Shown: positions 26,869 through 38,545, numbered from the stretch's first letter. The stretch: 64,000 nucleotides of DNA from an uncultured Alphaproteobacteria bacterium (GCA_963922705.1 CAWUJS010000002.1:4606-68605), one strand, 5' to 3'. Translations and numbers: made by a program. The notes: a model not told the origin generated them from the letters alone.

Positions 26869-27534
26869 TTAATAAAGTTCTGAGCCTAAATTCTCAAATA
26901 TCTCCTCAAACATGGGCGTCGTCAGACGCCCTGTTTGCGTATTATAGCGTGAACAATGATAGGAATCTTGTAAAACAAGTCCATTTCCCAAATCATGTTT
27001 CGCACCATGTCCAAACTTATACTGCGATAATTTCAGTCCAAAACATTTCAAAACTGCATTATGAGAGATCAATCCCAAGCTGAGAATAACCTTAACATTG
27101 GGCATAGCCTCTAATTCACCTTTTAAAAAATGCCCCATACATGTACGTGTTTCTTCAGTGGTAGGTTTATTTTCCGGCGGTACGCATTTCACAGCATTAG
27201 TAATACGACAATTAATTAATACCAACCCATCATCCTTATGCGCGCCATATTCCCCTTGTGCAAAACCAAATTTCAACAATGTCGCATAGAGCAGATCACC
27301 TGCATAATCCCCTGTAAAAGGTCGAGATGAAAAATTGGCTCCTTTTAAACCCGGCGCAAGACCGACAATGACAAGCTCTGCATTCATATCACCAAAACCG
27401 GCGACAGGGGCGTTATGCTTATCCGGAAATTTAAGTCGGTTGTCTTGCCGAAATTGAACCAATCGCGGACATAAAGGACAATCTCGCCCGGCGATGGGAT
27501 AATCAATATGATTCTGGGCTTGCACTTGTGACAT
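26869..27534 (-). CDS. uracil-DNA glycosylase family protein (family 4/5 type, Fe-S)
   Basis: 221 aa with an N-terminal Cys cluster (CPLCPRL), a VIVGLAPG motif and a C-terminal HCSRYN motif. Confidence 0.8.
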   Translation of the reverse strand: MSQVQAQNHIDYPIAGRDCPLCPRLVQFRQDNRLKFPDKHNAPVAGFGDMNAELVIVGLAPGLKGANFSSRPFTGDYAGDLLYATLLKFGFAQGEYGAHKDDGLVLINCRITNAVKCVPPENKPTTEETRTCMGHFLKGELEAMPNVKVILSLGLISHNAVLKCFGLKLSQYKFGHGAKHDLGNGLVLQDSYHCSRYNTQTGRLTTPMFEEIFENLGSELY

Positions 27535-27581
27535 GAAGCCGTTATAAACCAGTGTTTAAAATTTAAAAAGGATAAAAAAAG

Positions 27582-27983
27582 ATGGCGCGCGTAACCGTTG
27601 AAGATTGTGTCGAAAAAATCCCTAACCGCTTTCAGCTTGTCATGGCAGCAGCACAACGTGCCCGCAAAATAGGCTCTGGCGCTGCTCTAACCGTTGATCG
27701 TGACAACGACAAAAACCCGGTTGTTGCATTGCGTGAAATAGCTGAAGAGACTGTTGATCGTGCTGAGCTTAAAGAAGAACTGATTAAATCCCACCAGCGT
27801 ATGGCAGCTTATGAGGAAGAAGATGATTCAATTGACCTCATGGATGGTGAGGAAGAATGGGGAACAATTGCAGGACGCCAGCAAGCTGCGGAAGGCATCT
27901 ACAGCGACGATGTGATTGAAGATAATAATGAACCAAAAGGTGAGCCATCTTTGCAAGATCTCGCAGGGGTTCCATCGGAATAG
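27582..27983 (+). CDS. rpoZ: DNA-directed RNA polymerase subunit omega
   Basis: [30 protein letters not shown] is the canonical RpoZ N-terminus, followed by an acidic C-terminal extension. Confidence 0.93.
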   Translation: MARVTVEDCVEKIPNRFQLVMAAAQRARKIGSGAALTVDRDNDKNPVVALREIAEETVDRAELKEELIKSHQRMAAYEEEDDSIDLMDGEEEWGTIAGRQQAAEGIYSDDVIEDNNEPKGEPSLQDLAGVPSE

Positions 27984-28028
27984 GATTCAAAATTTACAAA
28001 AAATGAATCCTAACCCTACGCATTGAGC

Positions 28029-28961
28029 ATGACACAAAACGCCGTATCGATATCAAATCTGAATAAAACGTATAAGGCGTCCGGCAAGTCAACCAACCCC
28101 AAAGTTGCCCTGACCAATGTTTCATTGGATATTCCGAAAGGTTCCATTTTTGGTCTATTAGGGCCAAATGGTGCTGGTAAATCCACAATGATTAACATTA
28201 TGGCTGGCCTGGTTATAAAAACCTCAGGCTCAGTCAATATTTGGGGCATTGATATTGATCAGGATGAACGGAACGCAAAACGCGCTATCGGTGTCGTCCC
28301 TCAGGAAATAAACTACGATCCTTTCTTTTCACCGCGAAAAACATTGGAACTACAAGCTGGGCTATATGGCGTTCCCAAAGCAGAATACAAAACAATGGAA
28401 ATTCTTGAAACCGTAGGCTTGGCTGATAAAGCAGACGCGTACACAAGAAGCCTGTCAGGAGGAATGCGCCGCCGCTTGATGGTTGCGAAAGCAATGGTAC
28501 ATAATCCGCCGGTCTTGGTTTTGGACGAACCTTCAGCAGGGGTAGATGTCGAGTTAAGAAAGAAACTCTGGGATAATGTAAAAGCACTGAACGAACAAGG
28601 TGTTACGATCTTACTAACAACACATTACCTGGAAGAAGCCGAAGAGCTTTGCGATGAGATTGCGATTATCAATCACGGACAACTCATTGCGCATGAAGAT
28701 AAAGAAAGCTTACTCGGGCGCATTGAGGGCAAAGAAATTCAGTTCCGTTTGGATCGTCCTATGGATAACATTGAAACCGTACTTTCTGAGTTTTATGCCG
28801 AAAAAACCGGTAGACGCAGTATTATTATCCGCTACAACCCTTCAGAAACACAAGTCGGTGAACTGATTGAAACAATTCAAAAAGAAGGGTATGGAATAGT
28901 TGACATTTCAACTTCTGACAGCGCGCTTGAAGATGTTTTCTTGCAATTAACACAGAGTTAG
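28029..28961 (+). CDS. ABC transporter ATP-binding protein (ABC-2/NatA-like), no adjacent permease
   Basis: Walker A GPNGAGKST, signature LSGGMRRR and Walker B LVLDEP. The ORF opens at 28023 (TTG), and the first ATG is at 28029. Confidence 0.85.
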   Translation: MTQNAVSISNLNKTYKASGKSTNPKVALTNVSLDIPKGSIFGLLGPNGAGKSTMINIMAGLVIKTSGSVNIWGIDIDQDERNAKRAIGVVPQEINYDPFFSPRKTLELQAGLYGVPKAEYKTMEILETVGLADKADAYTRSLSGGMRRRLMVAKAMVHNPPVLVLDEPSAGVDVELRKKLWDNVKALNEQGVTILLTTHYLEEAEELCDEIAIINHGQLIAHEDKESLLGRIEGKEIQFRLDRPMDNIETVLSEFYAEKTGRRSIIIRYNPSETQVGELIETIQKEGYGIVDISTSDSALEDVFLQLTQS

Positions 28962-28988
28962 GCATCAAAAAGACAATCTAAGCGCCTC

Positions 28989-29639
28989 TTAAGATTGCCC
29001 GGAAATGTGCTTCACAACATCATTATAAACATAATCCGCATCATCATCCATACGGTAAATGCTAAGCAATTGGTTATCCTTACCCATTAAATAAATATAA
29101 CTCGAATGATCCACCGTATAGTCATTTTGTTCTGAATCATCAACTTTGCGTGCAAAAATCTTGTACGCTTTTATAACAAAATCAATTTGCGGCTGCGTCC
29201 CGGTCAGACCAATCAATTTCGGATGAAACAAACTCACATAATCTTTCATGACAGGGACAGTATCACGCTCTGGATCAACCGTAATAAAAAGCGGTTGAGT
29301 CTGCTCGGCAAGCACAGGCTTACTTTTTTCAAGCGCAGTCATAACCCGTGACATTTTTTGCAATTCTGTTGGGCAAATGGCTGGACAGTATGTGAAACCG
29401 AAATAGATGAGCTGATATTGATCCGCATAATCTTTTTCGGTGACATTTTTGCCGGTATGATCCGTCAAGCTAAATGGTCCGCCAATCTCAAGACCCGCAA
29501 CAGGCAGAGGCTTTTCCGAAGATAGCCCCTGCTGAGTAATACGCGCAGATTCAAACTTTACCTGATACCATGCCGTGCCCGCGCCAATGATTAGCGCGAC
29601 AATCGCCAATACGAATATTCGAACCAATTTCTCTTTCAT
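28989..29639 (-). CDS. SCO1/SenC family copper chaperone
   Basis: N-terminal TM anchor and a thioredoxin-fold CPAICP (CxxxC) motif. The ATG is at 29639, and a GTG lies one codon upstream. Confidence 0.88.
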   Translation of the reverse strand: MKEKLVRIFVLAIVALIIGAGTAWYQVKFESARITQQGLSSEKPLPVAGLEIGGPFSLTDHTGKNVTEKDYADQYQLIYFGFTYCPAICPTELQKMSRVMTALEKSKPVLAEQTQPLFITVDPERDTVPVMKDYVSLFHPKLIGLTGTQPQIDFVIKAYKIFARKVDDSEQNDYTVDHSSYIYLMGKDNQLLSIYRMDDDADYVYNDVVKHISGQS

Positions 29640-29704
29640 CACAAAATGCCTCTTGTTTACAATGGATAAAGATGTATGCTTATTGATACAAAAAGTAAAG
29701 ATGA

Positions 29705-29785
29705 AACCTTGGCGGTGCGCCTTGTAATATTTGCGCTGAGATATACGCCCATAACTTGATCCGGCTTAAATCGGCGTAAGGAAAG
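29705..29785 (+). promoter_or_regulatory. TPP (THI-box) riboswitch
   Basis: Contains GGCGGTGCG ... CTGAGA ... ACGCCC ... AACTTGATCCGG ... TCGGCGTAAGGAA, matching the conserved TPP aptamer elements (GGGGUGC, CUGAGA, ACCC, CCUGAUCYGG, CGUAGGGAA). A possible P1 is CCTT/AAGG. It ends next to the SD of the downstream ORF. Confidence 0.85.
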
Positions 29786-29794
29786 GAACTAAAC

Positions 29795-31967
<2,173 letters not shown>

Positions 31968-32136
31968 CAACGAAAGAGGCCAAAAAACCATCGTCTGAGC
32001 ACGCTTTTGAATTCCATCTTCAGGAGCACACGGAATGCCCGAGCAAAACGTTGATTTGTTACTTTTAAAGCGGCATGCACTTTGTTCAGTTTTTGAAAAT
32101 AGGTGTCAACCATACAAGTTAAAAGCTTAAAAGTCA

Positions 32137-33357
32137 TCAATCCTCAACTGTAAATACAGAAACCATAATAGCTACAGCAGCAACATGGAACATCAACCCT
32201 ATCCAAAGCCCTTGCCAAAGACCATAAGCTAGTGATGCGGGCACAAGCACTGCCATCACTGTCGGCAAAAATATTTTTTGCTGAACAAGATTACATTGGT
32301 TTTCGAGTTTGGTAAAAAGGGCATAGATCAAGCCAATCAATATTGAAATCCCCAGCAACCCAAATTCCATCCATATTTGAACCACGAAATTATGCGGATG
32401 CAAAACATCACTTTCATCTGAGAAAATATATTGAGAGTCAAAATCCGTTACGTCTCTTGTGGCTTCTATACCATAGCCAAGCCAAGGACTTTGGAGCGCA
32501 TAACGACTGATATAATCCCAAATTTCAAGACGGTCACCAGCATATCCTTTCGCCAAGACGGGAATATTTTGAAGGTCTTGCGCAAAATTTTCATACACAT
32601 AGCTCGTCACAAATGGCGTTGCTAAAATCAAAACTATGATTGCATATTTCAATATTTTCCAGGCCATTTTGAATTGATAAGGGAACAAAAATAAAGTTGC
32701 ACTCCCAACCAGTAAAGCAAGCTGTGCTGACTGGCTGCGCGATATAAAAACAGCGATAGCAAGCGGTATAAACACCAAAATCGCTTTATAGCTATTGTAT
32801 TTTAACGATAACAACCCAAAGATTGAAAAAGAGTACAATACAAGCGCCACGCTACCCCGGTTAAAGTCCGTTGGGTCGGCAATATGCGATACTGGCATGC
32901 CTCTCACAAGATCATGTAAAACACCTTGCATGATCATTTCAAAAATTAAAAATATTGAAGCGGCGATAAATCCAATGGGTAAATATTTTTCCAACGGTTT
33001 TAATTGATCTTTGTTCAAAGAGGTAGCCAAGCTGATCAATAAAATTTGCGGCGGCAATAGTGCTAACAGCTTAAAAACCTTAGCTTTTGACGTATCAAAA
33101 TATTTTGCCCATAAAAGGCTGGAAGCCGAAAGCACAAGGATCAACACCACTAATATCGTTGTTTCTTTTGATATTTTTGGCTTATTTTGGCCAAAAAGAA
33201 AGTAAAGTCCAAAAAAGATAACAGCTGTTATAGCGGGAATGAACGCATAGCTACGCGGCATATTAATGCTAAAGAAAGGTGTAATCGCTGTGATAAGGCA
33301 AAAAGCGGTAAGAATGTACGTTTCTGATAGTTTATTCTTGGCTAAAGTAACGGTCAA
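32137..33357 (-). CDS. O-antigen ligase (WaaL/Wzy_C) family membrane protein
   Basis: 406 aa and polytopic. It has the periplasmic-loop signature HPHNFVVQIWMEFGLLG (H-x-H-N ... E-x-G-x-x-G). Its start overlaps the lptB stop by 4 nt. Confidence 0.75.
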   Translation of the reverse strand: MTVTLAKNKLSETYILTAFCLITAITPFFSINMPRSYAFIPAITAVIFFGLYFLFGQNKPKISKETTILVVLILVLSASSLLWAKYFDTSKAKVFKLLALLPPQILLISLATSLNKDQLKPLEKYLPIGFIAASIFLIFEMIMQGVLHDLVRGMPVSHIADPTDFNRGSVALVLYSFSIFGLLSLKYNSYKAILVFIPLAIAVFISRSQSAQLALLVGSATLFLFPYQFKMAWKILKYAIIVLILATPFVTSYVYENFAQDLQNIPVLAKGYAGDRLEIWDYISRYALQSPWLGYGIEATRDVTDFDSQYIFSDESDVLHPHNFVVQIWMEFGLLGISILIGLIYALFTKLENQCNLVQQKIFLPTVMAVLVPASLAYGLWQGLWIGLMFHVAAVAIMVSVFTVED

Positions 33358-34118
33358 AGCTTAAATCCTTCGCCAAGATAAACACGTTTAACATCATCAC
33401 TATTCACAATCTCGTCCGCATTGCCTTCCATGAGAACATGCCCGTCGTGCAAGATGTACGCCCTATCAACAATATCCAGACAATCACGTACATTGTGATC
33501 TGTAATGAGTACACCAATGCCACGATCCTTGAGGTGCGATATTAACCCTCTTATGTCCGAAACTGCTATAGGATCAATCCCGGCTAATGGCTCATCAAGA
33601 AGAATAAACTCAGGCCTTGCAGAAAGTGCTCTGGCGATTTCAACGCGTCTGCGTTCACCCCCTGATAATGCAATGGCGGGTGTACGTCTTAAATGAGATA
33701 TTCCAAATTCACTCATTAAATCTTCCAATAAAAGATCCTGCTCTTCCTTTGAAAGATTTTGCGATTCCAAAACAGCGCGAATATTCTCTTCAACGCTTAA
33801 ACCTCTAAAAATTGAAGATTCTTGCGGCAGATACCCAATACCAAGGCGCGCCCGTCGGTACATGGGAAGATTTGTAATGTCTTGCCCATCTAAAATTATC
33901 GTACCGCTATCCGGTGCTATCAGCCCTGTTGTGATATAAAAGCTTGTCGTTTTTCCTGCGCCATTCGGACCCAATAAGGCAACGGCCTCACCGCGCTGTA
34001 AAGAAAAAGATACATCGCGCAAGACTGGTCTTTTTTTATAGCTCTTTGAAAGATGATTAATACGAAGCCCTTTGGGAACCTCTTTCAAACGTGGTTTTTT
34101 TAGGATGTCTGTATGCAT
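33354..34118 (-). CDS. lptB: LPS export ABC transporter ATP-binding protein LptB
   Basis: Walker A GPNGAGKTT, signature LSGGERRR and Walker B ILLDEP. It follows lptC-lptA. Confidence 0.9.
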   Translation of the reverse strand: MHTDILKKPRLKEVPKGLRINHLSKSYKKRPVLRDVSFSLQRGEAVALLGPNGAGKTTSFYITTGLIAPDSGTIILDGQDITNLPMYRRARLGIGYLPQESSIFRGLSVEENIRAVLESQNLSKEEQDLLLEDLMSEFGISHLRRTPAIALSGGERRRVEIARALSARPEFILLDEPLAGIDPIAVSDIRGLISHLKDRGIGVLITDHNVRDCLDIVDRAYILHDGHVLMEGNADEIVNSDDVKRVYLGEGFKL

Positions 34119-34173
34119 AGTTTTTAAAAATTATTTATCACAATTTAGCGTTATGAGCCTACAACTTCCAGCG

Positions 34174-34983
34174 CTATTCACCAGAGCCGGGATAAAAAAC
34201 CGCTTTCACCCGACCATTATTACTTTGACCGCCGCCAAAAATACGACTTGTATTGGTGGTAAGATCGATTTCGGCACGTTCTCCTTGAAGGATATTAGGG
34301 CCTCTTGTAATGATGATATTGCCCTTCATCTCTGCTTTATTGATGTCAGCACGGTAAATTCCATACGCCCCCGTAATTGTCTCAGTCATTGTCGTAATCA
34401 CAACATTATTCTTCGCCTCCAAACTCTCTAAAACACGCTCACCTTTTGCATTTTCCTTGAAAATAGCTGATATATGATGAGCCTCAAGCGTATCATTGCC
34501 GCCATTTTGGTTGGCACGCAGCACCTTGGCATTGCCGATAGCAGTTAATTTTCCTTTATCAACATAGTATTCAAATTTTTCTTCTGCTGTTACGGTTTGA
34601 TCCGGTGAAATCATGCGTAAATTTTCACCTGTCATTGTGGCAAGACTTTGATCGAGATTATAAACGGCATGATCACCATAAGCTGTTGCATTTTGCGTGC
34701 TGATAATAACATTCTCATCTGCATTGATTTGCGAGATTTCAAAACGCCCCTGCATGCCTTCTCTGTAGGCAGCCGATAAGATTTGTGCTTCGATGGATGA
34801 TGTTTTTTGTAAGGCCTTTGCATTGCCTTTTGCAATGAGTTTTTGGTCTGCACGATGCCATTCCAAAACATCATCGGCAGTAATTTCCAGCGGCTCTTTT
34901 TCATTGGATGGCCGACTCTCTTGTGCTGCAAGACTTACCGGATAGAAAAGCAAAAAAATGAAAACGAAGCGTGCAAAGATCAT
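34174..34983 (-). CDS. lptA: LPS transport periplasmic protein LptA (OstA-like)
   Basis: Signal peptide plus a repetitive beta-strand sequence typical of OstA/LptA. It lies between lptC and lptB. It is longer (269 aa) than the enterobacterial LptA. Confidence 0.7.
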   Translation of the reverse strand: MIFARFVFIFLLFYPVSLAAQESRPSNEKEPLEITADDVLEWHRADQKLIAKGNAKALQKTSSIEAQILSAAYREGMQGRFEISQINADENVIISTQNATAYGDHAVYNLDQSLATMTGENLRMISPDQTVTAEEKFEYYVDKGKLTAIGNAKVLRANQNGGNDTLEAHHISAIFKENAKGERVLESLEAKNNVVITTMTETITGAYGIYRADINKAEMKGNIIITRGPNILQGERAEIDLTTNTSRIFGGGQSNNGRVKAVFYPGSGE

Positions 34984-35759
34984 GGAAGCAACTCTCCAAA
35001 ACTATCTTTATTGTTAATGTTTAAAAGCATTTTCGCGGGCCCTTTAAAAATCACAATTTCATCAACGGCTGATGCCTCCATACCGTTAGAATGAATGTAA
35101 CCTTGTGATCCCGCGAGATAAACGTTTTCGTTTGACCAGGCCTTATTATTATCAAGATCAACATGCATTATTGACGTTGTTAATTCATACCCACTGCTAT
35201 GTGTCAGTACAACATCTTCCTGTAAATCAAGATGCTGCCTGACTTGAAAATATTTTCCATTCTGCGCGCGCAAAGTCACCATTTCACCGGAATTCAAAGT
35301 CATCGTACCTGATGGGTTTTCAAGGAGCATCTCATCACTCTTATAACGATTATCCTGTATCGCTTTTTCAGCAGTAAGCTTAAAAGGTTGCCCTTTTCCG
35401 TCCACACTTTCAAAATTTGGATTAATTAGCTCATTTTGGCCAATTTCCTGTTCCATATTAAGTTTAATATCTTCTTGCTCAACAGGAATAATTTGATCAC
35501 CTTCAAAATAATTCCAGTTAAAAATCATCATAATTAACAAAAACGCTAAAATCGGAAGTGCAAATTGTAACTTTTTGATAAAACGTGAGTAACCACGATT
35601 AATATTTTCTGCAGTACTGATGCGTTCAGCCCGGAGATTATCGAGATGCGCAGGCTTATCATGTCGTCCAGTTTGCGCTCCATCCTGATACAATTCAAAA
35701 TCTTTTAAATCATCATCTTGCATAGGCGCATCATAGTTCCAGACACTAAACCTATGCAA
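34980..35759 (-). CDS. lptC: LPS export system protein LptC (with N-terminal cytoplasmic extension)
   Basis: Single TM anchor (LPILAFLLIMMIFNW) followed by a beta-rich periplasmic domain. It lies between kdsD and lptA with 4-8 nt overlaps. Confidence 0.6.
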   Translation of the reverse strand: MHRFSVWNYDAPMQDDDLKDFELYQDGAQTGRHDKPAHLDNLRAERISTAENINRGYSRFIKKLQFALPILAFLLIMMIFNWNYFEGDQIIPVEQEDIKLNMEQEIGQNELINPNFESVDGKGQPFKLTAEKAIQDNRYKSDEMLLENPSGTMTLNSGEMVTLRAQNGKYFQVRQHLDLQEDVVLTHSSGYELTTSIMHVDLDNNKAWSNENVYLAGSQGYIHSNGMEASAVDEIVIFKGPAKMLLNINNKDSFGELLP

Positions 35760-36741
35760 GTCCGGCTTGCAAACAATCTTGCAAACGAATCATGCCAACC
35801 ATTTTATTATTCTCCATGACAATCAAACTACTGACATAATGCCCTGTTTGACCCGTCATAATGTTCATGGCTTCTACAGCAAGTGCATTGTGATGAATAA
35901 TTTTTGGTGATTGTGTCATAATATCAGTTACGGATTTTTCCATTAAATCAGGTCTCATATGTCGTTTTAAATCACCATCTGTAATGATGCCCTGGAGTGT
36001 TTCCTGATCATCCGTAATAATCACCGCACCCAGATTCTTGTCCGTCAGCGTAATAAGCGCATCACTCATCTTCGCTGTGCTGGGCACAAGCGGCATATCA
36101 TTAACACCCACCATCAGTTCTGTCACTTTCATCAAGCGTTGTCCCAATTTACCGCCCGGATGAAAAACTTTATATTGCTCAGCCGTCAAACCCATACGCG
36201 CCAATAAAGCAACTGCAAGCGCATCCCCCAGCGCAATCATCATGGTCGTTGATGTTGTGGGCGCTAAACCATTGGGGCAGGCTTCATCCATTTTGGGCAT
36301 AACAAGCGGGATATCGGAATGCTTCGCGAGCGTGCTATCGCCACTACTTGTAATCGCAATCAAAGGAATTTGATAGCGCCTTGTATAGTGAATAAGGTCG
36401 GAAAGCTCATTATTTTCACCGGAATTGGAAAGCATAAGCACAGCATCATTTTCCGTGATCATGCCCATATCACCGTGGCTCGCTTCGCCAGGATGGACAA
36501 AATAGGCAGGCGTTCCTGTTGACGCCATGGTTGCCGCTATTTTACGCGCAACATGCCCGCTTTTGCCAATACCGGCAACAATCAAACGCCCAGTCTGCTT
36601 ACTATTTTTAATACCGTGAATTGTTTCAACCGCTTCAGAAAAAGCCACATCAATCGCATCCCCTAAAGCCTCCAACGCCCTGCTTTCTAGGGATAGAACA
36701 TCACGGGCTTTTTGGATATTAATATCTATTTCTGGCATAGG
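35752..36741 (-). CDS. kdsD: arabinose-5-phosphate isomerase KdsD/KpsF
   Basis: SIS domain (GIGKSGHVARKIAATMASTG) plus tandem CBS domains. The ORF extends to 36780, but the Met at 36741 (MPEIDINIQKAR) avoids overlap with the upstream gene. Confidence 0.88.
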   Translation of the reverse strand, partial: PMPEIDINIQKARDVLSLESRALEALGDAIDVAFSEAVETIHGIKNSKQTGRLIVAGIGKSGHVARKIAATMASTGTPAYFVHPGEASHGDMGMITENDAVLMLSNSGENNELSDLIHYTRRYQIPLIAITSSGDSTLAKHSDIPLVMPKMDEACPNGLAPTTSTTMMIALGDALAVALLARMGLTAEQYKVFHPGGKLGQRLMKVTELMVGVNDMPLVPSTAKMSDALITLTDKNLGAVIITDDQETLQGIITDGDLKRHMRPDLMEKSVTDIMTQSPKIIHHNALAVEAMNIMTGQTGHYVSSLIVMENNKMVGMIRLQDCLQAGLA

Positions 36742-36749
36742 TTCAGACT

Positions 36750-37361
36750 CTAATGTGAAAAGAAATCTTCGTTGCGCCATCCTGCAAGGTCTAAATCTGC
36801 GATCACATGAATGGCATTAAAGACATTTCTGGCAAGTTCTGTCCTGCCTTCACGGGCAAGACGATGATCAAACTCTTCCTTTAAGGCATGCAGATATAAA
36901 ACATCATTGGCCGCATATTCGCGTTGTGCTTCACTTAACTCTTCTGCCCCCCAATATGAGGATTGTTGTTGTTTGTTTAGTTCAACACCTAACAATTCAC
37001 GGCAACACTCGCGTAGACCATGGCGATCAGTGTACGTGCGTACAAGTTTTGATGCTGAACGCGTACAGTATACAGGATCGAGTGTTAGCCCTAAATATTT
37101 TTTAATAATAGCGACATCAAAACGCGCAAAATGAAAAAGCTTATCACCTTTATTGTCTGTCAATAGTCTCTTCAAGTTCGGCGCATCATAACCATTACGA
37201 TCTAACTGTACGATATGCGCATCGCCATCCCCGAATGAAAATTGCAAAACACAAAGCGGATCACGCTGGGGTTTTAAGCCCATTGTTTCGGTATCAATGG
37301 CAATATCACCATCATGTTTAAGATTGTCGGGAATGTCATGTTTATAAAAGTAAATTGTCAT
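36750..37361 (-). CDS. rnd: short-form ribonuclease D / DEDDy 3'-5' exonuclease
   Basis: 203 aa with DEDDy motifs IAIDTETMGL, HFARFDVAII and YAANDVLYL. Confidence 0.8.
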   Translation of the reverse strand: MTIYFYKHDIPDNLKHDGDIAIDTETMGLKPQRDPLCVLQFSFGDGDAHIVQLDRNGYDAPNLKRLLTDNKGDKLFHFARFDVAIIKKYLGLTLDPVYCTRSASKLVRTYTDRHGLRECCRELLGVELNKQQQSSYWGAEELSEAQREYAANDVLYLHALKEEFDHRLAREGRTELARNVFNAIHVIADLDLAGWRNEDFFSH

Positions 37362-37549
37362 AGGTTTTTTATTTTAAGCTTTGTATTTTGTACAGTTTGA
37401 TATCTTATTTTATGTCTAAAGTCAAACCTACGCTGGCAATCAGATTAAACTATTTTTAAAAATTTAAAATAAAGTCTTTTCAATTCAGGCTTTTTTAACG
37501 ATCATAGATTAACACTGAAAGCTTAACTACCTATAAGCGGAGTTTTATC

Positions 37550-38392
37550 ATGCAAGTTATGATCATTGACAGAGAAGAAGCTGCTGCACAAATGGTTGCT
37601 GCTAAATTTGAGCGCTGGGGGCACAATGTTTCTATAGAACAGAATAGAGATAATGCCGTTCAAAGGGCTACTTCAGAAAAAATAGACGCGTTTCTGATTG
37701 ATCCGGCACCAACGAACTCAATGCGTAATTTTATACTGGATTTACGACGTAAAGTTCCAAAATACGCCTATATATATTTATTTGCTGGCAATGTTTCTTT
37801 GGAAGATGCCATCAAATCAGGGGCAAATGATATTTTCCTCAAACCCGTTGATCCCGAAATTGTTGATAGTAAGTTAGACAATATAACATATCTTCTTAAT
37901 CTTGTAGAACGTATCAGCGACGACTCAGAAGATTTCCCAAGTGCGGGCGGCGTCATTGCAAAATCAGCATTTAATCAGTTATTTTTATCGGCTTTGGATC
38001 GTGCAGATCGTTACGGTGAACAAACCTATATCCTATTTATATCGGTCAGCAATTATCAAGAAATCCTGGAAAAAGATGGCGCATATGCAGCAGATTATGC
38101 GGTTGCAAGATTATCCCAGTATCTCGTTAGACTGCGCAGACAAAGTGATATCATCGCACAAACTGCAAAGTACGAATATGCATTACTCTTGCAACGCCCT
38201 ATTTATGAAACCGAACCCTATGAAGCTGCCAATCGTTTTGGCGAAAGCTTAAGCAAGTGCCAAGATATTGTTTCAAGTGGTGTTACACCGGTTGAAATTA
38301 CTGTGTCTCTTATTGATCTTCCTGTTGGACAAATACGTCAACAGCATGTCGTAAAGCCTTCAGAATTCAATGAAGAAAAAGAGGCTGAATAA
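37550..38392 (+). CDS. pseudo-receiver plus degenerate GGDEF domain protein (PopA-like c-di-GMP effector candidate)
   Basis: The N-terminal REC-like fold has an incomplete acidic pocket (MIIDREE; D in FLIDPAP; KP retained). In the C-terminal GGDEF-fold, AKYEY replaces GGDEF, while the I-site RQSD is kept 5 residues upstream, the same spacing as RPTD-GGEEF in the neighbouring PleD. Confidence 0.7.
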   Translation: MQVMIIDREEAAAQMVAAKFERWGHNVSIEQNRDNAVQRATSEKIDAFLIDPAPTNSMRNFILDLRRKVPKYAYIYLFAGNVSLEDAIKSGANDIFLKPVDPEIVDSKLDNITYLLNLVERISDDSEDFPSAGGVIAKSAFNQLFLSALDRADRYGEQTYILFISVSNYQEILEKDGAYAADYAVARLSQYLVRLRRQSDIIAQTAKYEYALLLQRPIYETEPYEAANRFGESLSKCQDIVSSGVTPVEITVSLIDLPVGQIRQQHVVKPSEFNEEKEAE

Positions 38393-38432
38393 AGCAGAAA
38401 GAGTCAAAAGCCAAAAAATAGGAAAAAATTCC

Positions 38433-38461
38433 TTGACAGTTTTGTAATTTTGGGGCATTCT
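38433..38461 (+). promoter_or_regulatory. candidate sigma-70 promoter (TTGACA-17 nt-CATTCT)
   Basis: Perfect -35 TTGACA at 38433-38438. The -10 after a 17-nt spacer is weak. Confidence 0.3.
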
Positions 38462-38500
38462 TACGCTTAATAACACCCAAAATCTATTTAAATTTTACAC

Positions 38501-38532
38501 CCCTCGTTTTCCACGAGGGTTTTTTATTTTTT
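38501..38532 (+). terminator. intrinsic terminator/attenuator immediately upstream of the 111-aa ORF
   Basis: CCCTCG-TTTTCCA-CGAGGG followed by TTTTTTATTTTTT. It ends 3 nt before the AAGGAG SD of the ORF at 38546. Confidence 0.6.
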
Positions 38533-38545
38533 AAGGAGAAATATA

